Source: Anthoceros angustus
Taxonomy: Eukaryota > Plantae > Anthocerotophyta
Length of the DNA: 64,000 nucleotides
Assembly: GCA_010909165.1 (NCBI GenBank)
Contig: MU008168.1
Span: 806,001 to 870,000, forward strand
Direction: 5' to 3'
Each line of letters opens with the position of its first letter. Positions within the stretch are counted from its first letter, which is position 1. Below the pieces are notes generated by a model, which worked only from the letters and a program-made list of their open reading frames with translations, made no database searches and was not told the origin of the DNA. This document shows positions 38,501 to 50,577 of the stretch, piece by piece. The position numbers were made by a program, and so were the translations under genes.

Positions 38501-38770
38501 AACTACCAGGTGGTATCCAGAGATGCCTTGGACATGCGGGGGTTTTTACGGGTTCGAAGGTACACACTATTGTTGATGGATGTGCCTAGGGGATTCAATA
38601 AGGGACAACATGATGTGAAGATGGATCAGGCTCAGGTGAACACCATTTTCCATTCTTTCCATGACATCCCAGGCTCAGGTGGTTCCTTTGGGGTTGAACA
38701 GGATGAAGGAGATCACGGGAGATATTCTGGACGATGGCCAACAAACCTTGCCCACCTTATGGCAGCCTGA
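35545..38770 (+). pseudogene. Divergent companion gene of Sola-like copy 3 with ParB-like and N6/N4-DNA-methyltransferase-like motifs (decayed)
   Basis: MASGR start; VKLENLRLHHSTPMRIRNVDEAG (37313-37381); GGKVWKNVDSIFTKWEAMELG; NYQVVSRDALDMRGFLRVRRYTLLLMDVPRGFNKGQHD (38501-38614); splice-like sites at 36153, 38224 and 38337. Confidence 0.4.
36610..37080. repeat. GC-rich ~90-bp imperfect tandem repeats with hairpins centred on GCATGC
   Basis: ggaggaaggcgccggcatgcggcgccctccttcc (36784), ggaggaaggggcgcggcatgccccttcc (36877), third unit near 36964. Confidence 0.6.
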
Positions 38771-39677
38771 GTACAATGGGAAACCCTACTAGAAATGGCA
38801 GCCCATGTTACACTTTATGTTAAGATTTGGACCCCTGGATGTAACACTTATGTTGCAATTAAGGGTCATGTAACACTTTTGGGCCTCTTATTTACACTTT
38901 GGCTTGGAAACCAAAGCTGGGCGTTTGTTGCAACCATGTTGCAATGGTGTTACAATTTGTTGAGATGAAGTGAGAGGTGCTTTTGTCCTCTCAAGATTGC
39001 AACAAGATTGCAACATATAAATGTTACAAGAAAAGTCTTGTAACACTTTTGGAGGCTTGATAGAACCTCCTCCCCATCTACCTTCCTCCTTTTACTACTA
39101 TTACCCTATGGAATACCTAGTTTTACTTAGTAGTTCCCACTGATACTCGTATGAATACACATATACATAAATACATGTACGAATATATTCTTCGTAAAAT
39201 ACATGTATTGTTCATGGCCACATATACTATATGGTAATTTCACATGATATGGTCATATTCTATTTTGTATAAAATAAGCATATCGTCACGGATAACGTAC
39301 ATACTTTGTACCGTCCACGATATGTTTACGGTTTGTCCTTGAGCACTCGGTGCCTTTTGTGCCTGAGTTTGTGCTCGGACCCATGTTTGCTATCTTGTGG
39401 GGTTGTTTGGCTCAAGTCCTCCCTCCTTCTCTCTCCCCTAGACAAGCTGCCTCATGTATCGCCTTTTTGCCCTTGCCTCGACCATGCTGCTGTTGGTTGC
39501 TCACTCTATCCTCCCCTCGCCACCCACCTCTTCCCTTGCGTTGTTTTCCACACTCAACACATATACATTGCTTGCTGTGGCTCGCCTTCTTTGTGCTCTG
39601 ACACCGGATCAGCCCTCAAACACGTCCCTCCTACTACGGCCTCGTCACTCCCTATTCACCCAAGACCACCCTACTAG

Positions 39678-40135
39678 CATCGCCTTCTCTAATGTCACAT
39701 CACGTCAGTTACGCATCAAATAAAATTTTGAGGTAGGAAATCACAGCATGGAATGGGTCTTGGCCTCACCTTGCTGTATACATACATGAGACCCGCCATT
39801 CTTCCATCGCCTTCCTAACTTCACATCATAGTCAGTTCGCATCGGTGAAAATTTGAGATAGGAAATGACATGGAATGGGTCTTGGCACTTACTTTGCAAT
39901 TGTACATGTACGAGACACCCGCCATGCTACTATCGCCTTCTAACATCAAATCACACTAGCTAGTTACGCAGTGAAAATTTGAGAGAAAATCACGTATTGG
40001 AGCGGTCTTGGCTTGACCTTGCAATGCTCGCAAGTACAAGAGGCTTGCGGTATGACACCACCATCCCTTCACCAGCGTCACGTCACCTGGTTACGCGCCT
40101 GAAAAATTGAGAAGAAAATCACGGCATGGAGCGGG
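39678..40135 (+). repeat. ~125-bp diverged tandem repeat (about 4 units)
   Basis: Recurrent catcgccttc..tcacatca..cagttacgca..aaaattt.gag..aggaaatcac..catggaatgggtcttggc. Confidence 0.7.
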
Positions 40136-40139
40136 AGGA

Positions 40140-40460
40140 AGGGCCTCCTTCCTTTCCCTCTCCCCTCCTCCTCCTTCCCATCTCCCCTCCTCTTCCTTCC
40201 CCTCTCCCTCCTCTTGCTCCTCTTCTTTTCCATCTTCCTCCTCCTTATAATCTCCCCTCCTCCTTTCCCCTCCTCCTCCCCTCCCTCCTCCTCCTCCTCC
40301 TCCTCCTCCTCCTCCTCCCCTCCTCCTCCTCTCTCCTCCTCTCCTCCTCTCCTCGTCCTCTCCCTCCTCCTCCTCCACCTCGGATCCCTCTCCCCTTTTC
40401 CTCCTTGCCTCTCCCCTTCCTCCTCTCCTCCTCTTCCTCTCTCCTCCTCCTCCTCCTTGC
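40140..40460 (+). repeat. Polypyrimidine (CCT)n-rich tract
   Basis: About 320 bp almost entirely C/T, including a perfect (CCT)n run near 40285-40318. Confidence 0.9.
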
Positions 40461-40537
40461 CTCCGAGGCAGTGAGCCTCGCACCACGAACTTAGACATAG
40501 GTAAATAATATTATGTTTAGGTTACAAGTATATACAA

Positions 40538-40538
<1 letters not shown>

Positions 40539-40568
<30 letters not shown>
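40539..40568. repeat. (TA)n microsatellite
   Basis: Perfect tatata run. Confidence 0.9.
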
Positions 40569-40572
<4 letters not shown>

Positions 40573-40995
40573 AATACGTATTTCAATCATATATATATAG
40601 GAATATACACAACAAGTGGGCACAAACCATATATATAGATAGACATATAAATAATCTAGAATCCTACTATACATAATCGGTAAAACAAGAGTTTTCAATT
40701 GTGTATGTGGAGCTTAAAAACAAAACCGGATGTGGACACAAGGGTGCATTGAAGAGGAAGGTAGATTATAAAATGCATAGCTATGCAAAGGAGGCAAAAT
40801 GGAAAGAGAATGACAACCACGGAGAGAGATAGAGTTCAGTTCTTGTCATGTAGGAAAAGCAAGAGGGAAGAATAAAATAGTAGCGTGAGAGGAGCTCAAT
40901 CACATCATGTTGCAACACAAGAGGAAAAATTATAAAATGGGTGTCATCTTGAGCATTAACTAGGAGTGTGAGGTGAAAGGAGAGACCAGAGGCAG

Positions 40996-41180
40996 GTTGT
41001 TAAGATGGTGAGAGAAGGTGGAGAAGAAAATCACAAACTTAACACCAAGCCAACAAACTTAATGCTAGGCTCTTAATGGTGAGGTGTAAGGTCAACAGAC
41101 CACTTGCATGTTGTTAAGATGGTGAGAAAAGGTGGAGAAGAAAATTACAAACTTAACACCAAGCCAACTAACTTAATGAG
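40996..41180 (+). repeat. ~70-bp direct repeat x2 (third degenerate copy near 41331)
   Basis: gttgttaagatggtgaga.aaggtggagaagaaaat.acaaacttaacaccaagccaac.aacttaatg at 40996 and 41110. Confidence 0.75.
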
Positions 41181-42016
41181 TGTTTCAAATGGAAAGTGTT
41201 ACATGAAATTGTAACAAAGGACTCTAACATAAGCGAGTTTGCATAGTATATGTTTGAAATCATAAACAATGCTTGTGAGAGAGAGGTGTACTTAGGAGGG
41301 TGAGGTGATGAGGAGAGAGTCGGGGTTCGTGTTAAGATGGTGACAAAATGAGAAGGAATAGTGTCAAACTTAATACCAAGCCTACATAGCTTGTTGCAAT
41401 TTGGAAGTGTAACATAAAATTGCAACAACGACTGTAACATGGCCTGCCATTTCTAGTAGGGAAAGGAAATGATGGTGGCCTTTTGGATGCAGAGAATGCC
41501 ATGAGGGAGAATGACAACTTCGAAGACGCGGAGGAGGCAAGGCTTAAGAGTACGGAAGTAGTCTTAGATAGCGTGTCTGGGCAGTGCCCATTGGAGTCCC
41601 AAACCTGTGCGGATTAATTGGGCAATTAGGTCAAAGCTGAAAGGTACGTCCGTGGATTCGAAATCGTTATAGTGCAAAAGCGCCGGCATGCGTACCGTTG
41701 ACTATATATACATGTTCGTGGATTTGGACGAATACTTTTGTGCATTTGTTCTGTGCCATTGCCGTGTTCATAGTTCACATACATTCGTTGCATGCGCCGA
41801 CGCAGACTTCCTCATGACCGTATCCAGCATTAGTATATACGATGAAATCGGACAAAACCATACTGTATACCATTCAGGAACCTGCGGCCAAAAAACCTGA
41901 TGAATGAAAAAAGCCGCTTTTGTGACCGTGGAGCACATAGAAAAGTGGTCCGAGGTTTCTGGAAGCGGCTTCGTATATTCAGCCCCTTCAAACATTACCA
42001 TGTTAAGGGATGCTTC

Positions 42017-42771
42017 TCATCTCTTGCATTTTCCTGAGTCTTGAGGCGGGTCCTCTACCTCTTCTCTCCACGAGGCAATTGGTGATCTCTTGGCTTGGCC
42101 CTTCGAGTTGAATCTTTCCGAATGGTGGGCGGCGTAATGCTCTTGATGGATGAAAAAGGTGTACTCTTCCTTCTTGAATTCGAACTGTACTCCTAGAGCA
42201 TAGCGCAGAGGTCCCATGTCGACGACGTCGTACTCCTTTGATATCAGATCTTTGACAAACTGTATGACTTCAAGGTTATCACCAAAAATGAAGTTATCAT
42301 CTACATACAGGGTGACGATTGCAAGTCTGTCCTTTGTCTTCAAGATGTAGACGCTGGTGTCGGAGACGAGAGGGGTGAAACCACACTTTTTTAGGTATGT
42401 ATCAACAGTCTCATTCCACACTTGTGCTGACTGCTTCAGTCCGTAAATGGATTTAAGCAGCTTGCATACCTTGCTGTTGTCCTTCACAAACCCTGGTGGT
42501 TGAAGCATGTAAATGTCTTCATGTAGAGTCCCATATAAAAATGCAGTCTTGACGTTTACCTGGTGTATGTGCAGGTGATGATGAGCAGCAAAAACTAAGA
42601 GAATTCATATGGATGTTGCCTTGACGACTGGGCTGAATAGTCTGTTTTCCTCGTAGTCGAAGCCTTGTACCTGGGTGAAACCACGGGCCACCAGTCTGGA
42701 CTTGTACCTCGAAACAGTCCCATCAGGGTTAAGTTTTCTTCTAAAGGTCCATTTACAGGAAATTGGTTTGC
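42017..42771 (-). mobile_element. Copia family D reverse transcriptase fragment (host of the family C insertion)
   Basis: [38 protein letters not shown]; cut by the LTR at 42772. Confidence 0.88.
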
Positions 42772-43011
42772 TGTTAAACTCCATAGTTTATTATAGTAAC
42801 CACGGTCACTGGGTTACTTAAACTAGGGTTAAATATATTACTTAGGGTTTAGTATTTAAGACCAACTCTTTGTAATCATTAATATCATTATTCATTATTC
42901 AAGTTTGTTGTTCTCTCTAAGCAATATTGTCATGGTATCAGAGCACGGTATCATCTATCTTCATTGCCTTTGCTAAGAGAGACATCTGCAGACATTTCCT
43001 ACGATTGGAAA

Positions 43012-43590
43012 ATGCCTCGCCTTAATAGGAACCGTGTGCTGCAAACAAGAGTTTCTTTAATTTCATCAACGATAGATATATCGAGAGAGAGGGATAAATC
43101 TAGGGCGCCAACTATCACGATCATCTTCATTCATGAACTCTGCTCAGCCACCGAGGTTCCGGCTGTCATTCTACATCTCCACATTACCGCCATCTTGAGC
43201 AGGTTTAGGGTATCACAGGATAGAAGGAATTCACAAATAACATAGGGCTATGAGCAACCTTGCAGCCAAGGCAATCAAACCGCGGAAGCCTGGCGATTTT
43301 GCTTAGTGAGGTTTATGATGAACCCGTTGTTACCTTAGGAGACTTGCAAGTGATCTTTGTTTCGACACAACTGCAGCACTTACGGGACAAATTTTTACGA
43401 AAATCAGCGGCATTATTCAAGGCAACTTGATGCCTGGCAAAACAATTCGAGGCGAATACGAATTGGATGGCCCCATAGTTGATGGGCATCGCCACGATCT
43501 TAGAATTTAGCGGGCATTGCCCGGCCTCCCTACCTAGCAAATTTGACAAATTTGCAAAAAGGGACGGGAGATTCGAAGAGTCGTGAGCTA
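43012..43590 (+). CDS. Extra ORF between PBS and gag of Copia family C (frameshifted; second copy 57035-57630)
   Basis: Consensus of the two copies: MPRRNRNRVPANKSFFNFITDRYIRERDRLG...RAVSNLAAKAIK...EVYDEPVVTLGDLQV.LFRH. Confidence 0.5.
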
Positions 43591-44029
43591 GAAACCGAAA
43601 GGACGGCAATTAAGTTGAAGCGGCACGGCAACATCGTGCAGATCAGGTCAGCACGAGGGTTTAATTAATTAATTAATTAATTGATTGATTTTAACCCATG
43701 AGCAAATAAAGCTCAACGGCTTTATGCCGTCTCGCTTCTCAACCGTCAACCATTGGCCACCCTTTCACCTTCCGTGACCGTCGGTGACGGGATTACGCTA
43801 ACTTACTTGGCGGATTCGATCTGTGCACCAGGAATATAGAATTTGATTGAAAGATCGGACGGTGAGTGATTTGTGCACCGAGCCGAGCTTTGATCTTTGC
43901 ACTAGGGTTATTTATGCACACGCAAGGCAGGATTGCATGCGAGATTAAGCGGGGATCGCCAATTTGCAAAAGGACCGGGCTTATTTTTCATTACATTCCG
44001 TACACACACGGTGAGCATCTGATGGGATC

Positions 44030-44305
44030 AGCGCCGCCCTCACGGCCTCACGGCACGATCAGCCCAGGCGCCGCCCTCGCGGCCTCACGGTAGGATCGGC
44101 CCGCGGCGCCCTCGGCCTCACGGCCTCACAGCGAGATCGGCCCGCGGCGCCGCCCTCACGGCCTCAGCCGAGATCGGCGCGGCGCACGCCCTCACGGCCT
44201 CACAGCGAGATCACCGCGGCGCCGCCCTCACGGCCTCACGGCGAGGATCGGCCCGCGCGCCACGCCCTCCACGGCCTCAGCGGCGGACGACCTCGGGGTT
44301 TCACG
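44030..44305 (+). repeat. GC-rich CACGGCCTCAC tandem repeat in family C leader (again at 59800-60025)
   Basis: ~36-bp units gcgccgccctcacggcctcacagcgagatc. Confidence 0.75.
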
Positions 44306-44856
44306 GCAGCGGGGATCAGTGCAGAAAGGCGCCGAGGATCGTATTCCTCGGCCGCCTCATTGCACGGCCCGGGATCTGCCCGCAGCCCGGGATCGTCGCA
44401 TGGAGTGGAGGATCAACCCCTTGGATATGCCGTGCCCATATCCGCCATCTCGTGCAACCCGGTAGACACATCATGGCTGGAAATTCGAGAGCCAAGGTTG
44501 ATAGCGAGGACATTAGCGCTGCTCCCGAATTCAGGCGAGGAGGCCACTACGGATCACGGGTCTGTAGAAAACCTAGCTAGCGAATCATACTTCTACACTA
44601 GGTTAGAGTTAGTTCTACATTTTAAGTTACAACTTCGTTATAGCGGTTTAATAACGTATTCCTTGGACATATAGCCAAGGCTATTTTCCCTTTCAATACA
44701 CTCTTCATTTCATGCTTCCTTGCTCTTGCCTCTTTGCATAAATCTAAGCACATGATGCACCTTCACACTTCTGTTGTTTGATCCGGTCATCTCTTTATAT
44801 TAGAGCCTACTTGGTAGGTGTGCTAGCGGTGGATCACCACACACCTAATCTTCAAG

Positions 44857-45336
44857 ATGCCTAAGATTTGCGGCTGCAATTTCGGGCCGATCAGCGGAAG
44901 CAGGGGACTCATCTCCCTTGCCTGTCACGATTGCAGATCTGGCGCGCCCCCACCGACCGGGGACATCCTGCCGCGAAGGGCGCCGCCAGGAGGAGCACCT
45001 ACCGATCTGCTACACCCCTTGCACTCGGTTGCCGCGATCTGTATTCACACGAAATCAACTCGACTGCGACAGTTGCCAAGGGCGTCTTCAATGCGCCAGG
45101 ACACACATTAGTCGCATGAGAACAGCGAAACCGCCATCTTCCGTGAACTCAGCAATCTGAGGGGGCGTGTGAAGTCAAGAGATCTTCTTATTAGGAGAAT
45201 CTGCGGGTATTGTTAGTCTTGCACTCATCGATAATTTCCTGCATGACCTTCCTCGTTAGTTGCTCATGTCAACTGCCCCATGCCATGCTTTAGCTTGCCT
45301 TTTTCCTATGCAAGCTCAGAACCAGGAAGGAAATGA
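44857..45336 (+). CDS. Extra ORF between PBS and gag of Copia family B (frameshifted; second copy 60577-61063)
   Basis: Consensus of two copies: MP..QFRADQRKQG...EEHLPICYTL..RLRDHIFTRNQLDCEVAKGVFN...ETAIFRELSNL...DLLIRRIC. Confidence 0.45.
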
Positions 45337-45457
45337 TGAGCCTCTTGACATTGCCTTCTTGTTTGCTGCCTTCCCCTCTTGGGATTTCTCTCCTTCAATT
45401 TGCTAGAGAGCTAGGCAAATACAATTTCAAGCTTTTCATCCATCCTCAACCCACATC

Positions 45458-48400
45458 ATGGCCATTTCGGCACTCTTCTGCAGACCTAGTTCCTCGAAAA
45501 TAGAGTTAGAGACAAGGATAGATTTAATAGCACGAGACTACGGTTGGGGACTTACCCAAATTTTTTAGGAGAATGAGCTTTTTTCCATCGTGGATGGGAC
45601 AGAAGTTAAGGTAACATTACGTGCTAGAACGGCTGATGATATCCTAGCCTGGGAGCGGAAGGATAGAAGAGCTCGTTCAATTCTCATTGCTTCTCTAGAC
45701 AAGACCATGTTACCCCACACTATAGGAGCCAAAACTGCCAATGACGTGTGGAAGGTATTTCAGTCTATCTATCAGGATAAGAGCTCAGCATCCCTTGTTC
45801 ATGCGTACAAGGATTTCTTCAATTTGAGGATGAAGGAAAATGAGCCTGTTGAGGCTTACATTAACAAGTATAGAGCCCATAGGGCGAACCTTGCTTGTTG
45901 TGGGACCACTCTCACTGAGGTTCAAGCAGCCGTCAGTCTCCTTGCCTCATTACCTGACAGCTACAGCAGTTTTGTTAGTAGCCAGAACTCCACAATACAT
46001 GCCGCAGTTAAGGCGACAGCAGCAGGCCAGGTTCCTGCAGTCACTCTCGAAGAGATTATTGGAGCACTTCTTGCTGAGGAAAGATCTCGTGCATGTCACA
46101 AACCACGAGCTTCAAGCTCTAGTGGAGGAGCAAGGGTCCTTTACTCTTCAAGAGGACGAGGTGGCTTCAGAGGCCGTGGCCGGGGGCGAGGGTTCTCCAC
46201 ACAACCACAGCGTTTCAACAACATCAGTAATACCAAGAAGACTTTTGTGTGTAATTGGTGTAAGATTCCCGGCCATTATGAACGCGACTGTCGCAAGAAG
46301 AAACAAGGAGAGCCACGACGAGACACTGCACCAGCTGAGAGCAACCTCACAGTGAGCAAGGCCAAGCAGCCAACAATCTTGGCAGTTTGTTTAAGTACCG
46401 TCCAGACCCAGTCAACCTCTTGGTTTTTAGACTCTGGTGCAACCAGTCATATTTGCTTTGATAAGTCTGCTTTTTCCAGCTTTGTACCCGCTGACGATGC
46501 TAAGCAGTTTGTACTTCTGGGTGATGATAGTGGACTCTCTATCAAAATGGATTGCAGCTGGATGCTTCGCCAAGTTCTACTCACCTCATTTTGAGTGATG
46601 TCCTTTACGTACCTTCAATGACGAAGAATCTCATGTCAGTCATGAAGCTTGCACAGGACCACAACCTCCGAGTGTCTTTTGATCATCAGGGGTGTACCAT
46701 AACAAAGTCAGGTCAGAACCTATTTAGTGGAACCTGCTTTCATGATCTCTATTTGTTAGACGTCTCTACTGCAGCATCTGATAGTACCTATGCTCATGTT
46801 GCAAGCACACCATCTACTCAGCTATGGCATTGTTGCTTAGGCCATGTGAATTTTCAGCGTCTTGCCACCCTTGTCAAAGGAGAGACGTATAGGGAACCCC
46901 TCGATTTTACTTTTGACTCTGATGTCTTTTGTGAGGCCTGCCAGCTTAGTAAAGCTCATAGTCTGCCCTACAAGGACACAGATCTTAGTCGAGCTGATGG
47001 TCTACTTCACACAGTACACAACGACATTTGTGGCCCTATGTCAACTAGTTCATTTGGAGGCGGTAATTATTTCATCACTTTCATTGATGAGTGGAGCAGA
47101 TATTGTATTATCTACATTCTACGCCACAAGAGTGAGGCACTGAACTGCTTCAAGTCATATGTAAGATTTGCTCAGAGGCAGACATCTTGCAAGGTACGAA
47201 TTTTGAGGACTGATAATGGTGGTGAGTACACCAGTAACGCATTCAACTCCTTTTGCACAGAAGAAGGAATTCTGCATCAACTCACAGTCCCATATACACC
47301 TCAGCAGAATGCATTTTCTGAAAGAAAGAATAGAACCTTGCAAGAGGCTTCTTTAGCATCACTTACCTTTGCTGGACTCACACGTGGTTATTGGGCTGAG
47401 GCCTTGATGGCAGCTAATTATGTCCAGAATCGTCTTCCAACGAAGAATCTTGGGAAGACGACCCCGTTTGAGCGCTGGACAGGCAAGAAACCCCGGGTAC
47501 AACATCTACGAATTTTTGGCTCACCTGCCTATGCTTTGGTACCTCCCTCACAACGTACCAAGTTGGACCCGCGAGCATCTCGACATGTTTTTGTTGGCTA
47601 CTTTGATGAGGTGAAAGGGTATAAGCTTTTTGATCCTACTTCTCGCCAACTCACTCTTGCTCGAAGTGTTATCTTCAATGAAGCTGCTCTTCTTCGCCGA
47701 CATCTGGCCACTCTTCAGCCTCAAGCAGACCCACAACCACCTTCCATTCACGGCATTGAAGATTCTGATTCTACCTTACCTGATGAGGTCAGTTTCTATG
47801 AAGATAACGACCCTCCTTCTTCGGATTACCAGGGGGCCACCAGTAACACTCTACAACAGCAGTCTCCTGTGACACAGCAATCTCCTTCAACTACCAGCAG
47901 CCATGATGATGATTCAGCTGATTCAGGTATTTCAAATCTTAATGAGCTGACCGGTGATGCACCTATAAGTCGAGACATCTACGACACAGCGATCTGCTGT
48001 CGACACTTCTTGTTGATCACGCATCTAATCCAGAAGAAGTCACCCTTAGGCGTTCCTCCGTGATTAGAAGACCCATGCATGAGTGGAATGAACCTCCTTT
48101 TCAAGCTGGTCTAGTCAATCTGATCCCCATTTAGCCCTTTCTCTTAAGCGTTTCTTCCTCATTAGGAGAACCGCCACATATAAAAGCTATTGAAGGTCCA
48201 GTCTGTTTTGGAAAGCGACCATAGACTTTGAATACCAATCACTCATAAAGAATCACACATGGGAATTAGTTGACCTTCTAAGGGTAGGAAACCGTCGAAT
48301 GTAAGTGGGTCTTTAAGAAAAAACTCAATCTTGATGAATGCTTGTTGGAAGATATAAAGCTCGCCTTGTAGTAGCTATGGCAGTTCACGGACTCAACTAC

Positions 48401-49691
48401 AATGAGACTTTTGCACCCGTTGTCAAGTCCACATCATGAAATTCTCTTAATGTAGCTGCCCACTACAACCTACTTGTGCATCAGTTAGATGTCAAAACAG
48501 CGTTTCTGAATGGCTTGCTTGAAGAAGACATATACATGTGCCATCCCGAAGGTTTTGTTATTGATGCAGACAAGGTTTGCAAACTTTTCAAGACCCTATA
48601 TGGGCTTAGCGGGCTTGAAGAGGCACGGTATGAGGTATTCCATAAGCTGTTTATTGAGCTTGGTTTCATTTGCCTCGATCACGGACACAAGTGTGTATGT
48701 CTTTGTGGAAAGGTGATGAGTTTGTCATACTCACGGTGTATATGGGTACAATTTTCTCTTTAGCAATTCACTGCTATGATGGCCACTTATTAAAAGCATC
48801 TTTTGTCCAAGTTTGAGATAGTGATCTAGGTGATCGACATTCTCATTAGATTATTTCATTTCAATAGGTGATGGGACAATAGACATACACCAAGAGCATT
48901 TTGTTCACAATTAGGCGCTTTAAGATGCTAGATGCAAAGCCAATAGCTACTCCCATAGGCATTGGTGAGAAGCTCTCTTTAAACGATTGCCCATTACTTT
49001 AGAAGATAAGCGAGGCCATGTATGGGACTCCTATACCGCAAGCCGTAGGCTCCCTCATCTATCTTTCTAGGCGGACGAGGCTAGATATTACACAGCGATG
49101 GGAGCGAGTTGATTTTGGAGAACCAGGCACACTGCTGCGGCGATCAAGCGGATTTTCGCTATTTGAAGGGCACTGCAAGGAAAGGCTTGCGCTTTAGAAA
49201 GCTGAAGGAAGGTTTAAATTTGACATATTGTGGCCGGGGCTGGGGACCACGATGCAGGGCAGTGTAGGCGCATATTGCTCGTTCATGGGAACCTCGGTTG
49301 TCTCTGGTCAAACAAGAAAATCCCAACCATTTGCCTCTCCTCGATGGAGGCCGAATACGCAGCCATGCCTCAAGCATCAAAGGAGATTATATGGATCGGG
49401 AGTTTTCTCAGGGCCTTGACTCCGAAAGTGGAGCTACTCCTCTATGGTGTGACAACCGATCGGATTGCTCTCACGAAGAACCCGATTTTTTCATGATTTG
49501 AAGCATATAGAGATCGACCATCATTTCATCGACGAGCAGAAATGGAAGTCACAGTTTCCTATATTCCATCTGAGGACAACATTTCGGACCTGCTTACAAA
49601 GGCCTTATCTAAACCTTCTCATGACAAACATACTTTAGCTGCTGGTGTTTGTCTGATTCCTGCTGTTGCTGCTAAGGGTACTGCCCATTAG
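45458..49691 (+). CDS. Copia gag-pol polyprotein, family B (frameshifts in RT/RH)
   Basis: CNWCKIPGHYERDC knuckle, protease WFLDSGAT, integrase HxHCC/DICGP/RTDNGGEY/GKGY-like VKGY, RT HQLDVKTAFLNG, RNase H SSMEAEY..DLLTKAL; TAG at 49689-49691. Confidence 0.9.
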
Positions 49692-50577
49692 TCAACCCTT
49701 GTGTGGGAGCTTGCCAGTTTTGTCCAGGGATTTGATCAGTTCCTCCCTCGTTCTGTTTGCCCTGGCAAACTCCTCAATAAGGGCTGCATAACAGAAAGTG
49801 GGTTAGTATGAATACATATGAAGCTTAGCAGCATTCAGTTTCTAGGCACTTACATCCATAGGTCACCAGCAGGCCAGTTTCCGTCATGTGAGGTTAAGGC
49901 TTCTTCTTCTCTTTTCCCTTTTTCGCTGCAGTCTTAATAGGCTTTCGTCCCCACTCTTTCTCCATGTAGGCTTCGTCTTCTGAGTCGATTGGAAGTGGAA
50001 CTTTGATGTAGTTCAGCAGCTCCTCTTTGCTTGGATCAACTCCTACGTCCACTACACCAGCCTTCTTGCTCTTCTTCTCTGTCTCCCTCACTGTTGCACC
50101 ATTGAAGTCTGCTGAGGCAGCCGCAAACACTTGTTTTGGGTTGCCTCTGTTGTCAAAGTTCTGTATTCTCCTTGCTGTTTTGCCCTTGGACGTATCCGTA
50201 GGAAGTGGATCACCCACAGGGGAGTTGAAGGACACCATGTTGGAGTCCGGGCAGTTCATGGCGTGGAGACACGACTGCCTCTCGGAGAACTTGCGCCTTT
50301 GGGATCACAGGCGATCACCCAGACACCCGGACCACGGATGGAGTCTTCCATTTTGGCGATTACAGGTGTGGCCTTGTTGCGGGAGGCGGTGGACAACAAG
50401 CGGAGGCGCCCGGTGAACCGTCACCACCAGCAAAGTGAGCTCGACTGCATTGAGTGTGGCCATGGCTGCCTTTATTCGGAGTGATGGAGCGTAACAAGAT
50501 GAGCGTAAGGACTGGAGTGCAACTGGAGTGAAAGGTGTAGGACAGTTCTCACGTTTAGCAGGAGTCAGGAGACTCAT
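49692..50577 (-). CDS. Antisense, spliced accessory ORF of Copia family B (basic NLS-like stretch)
   Basis: ...SKEELLNYIKVPLPIDSEDEAYMEKEWGRKPIKTAAKKGKEKKKP*PHMTETGLLVTYG | intron 49853-49784 (GTAAGT..TACTAAC..CAG) | SLIEEFARANRTREELIKSLDKTGKLPHKG*. One in-frame stop and frameshifts in the assembly. Confidence 0.6.

Noticed and set aside
40091-40498. Glu/Arg/Gly- or Pro/Leu/Ser-rich ORFs
   Set aside because: Artefacts of the (CCT)n polypyrimidine tract.
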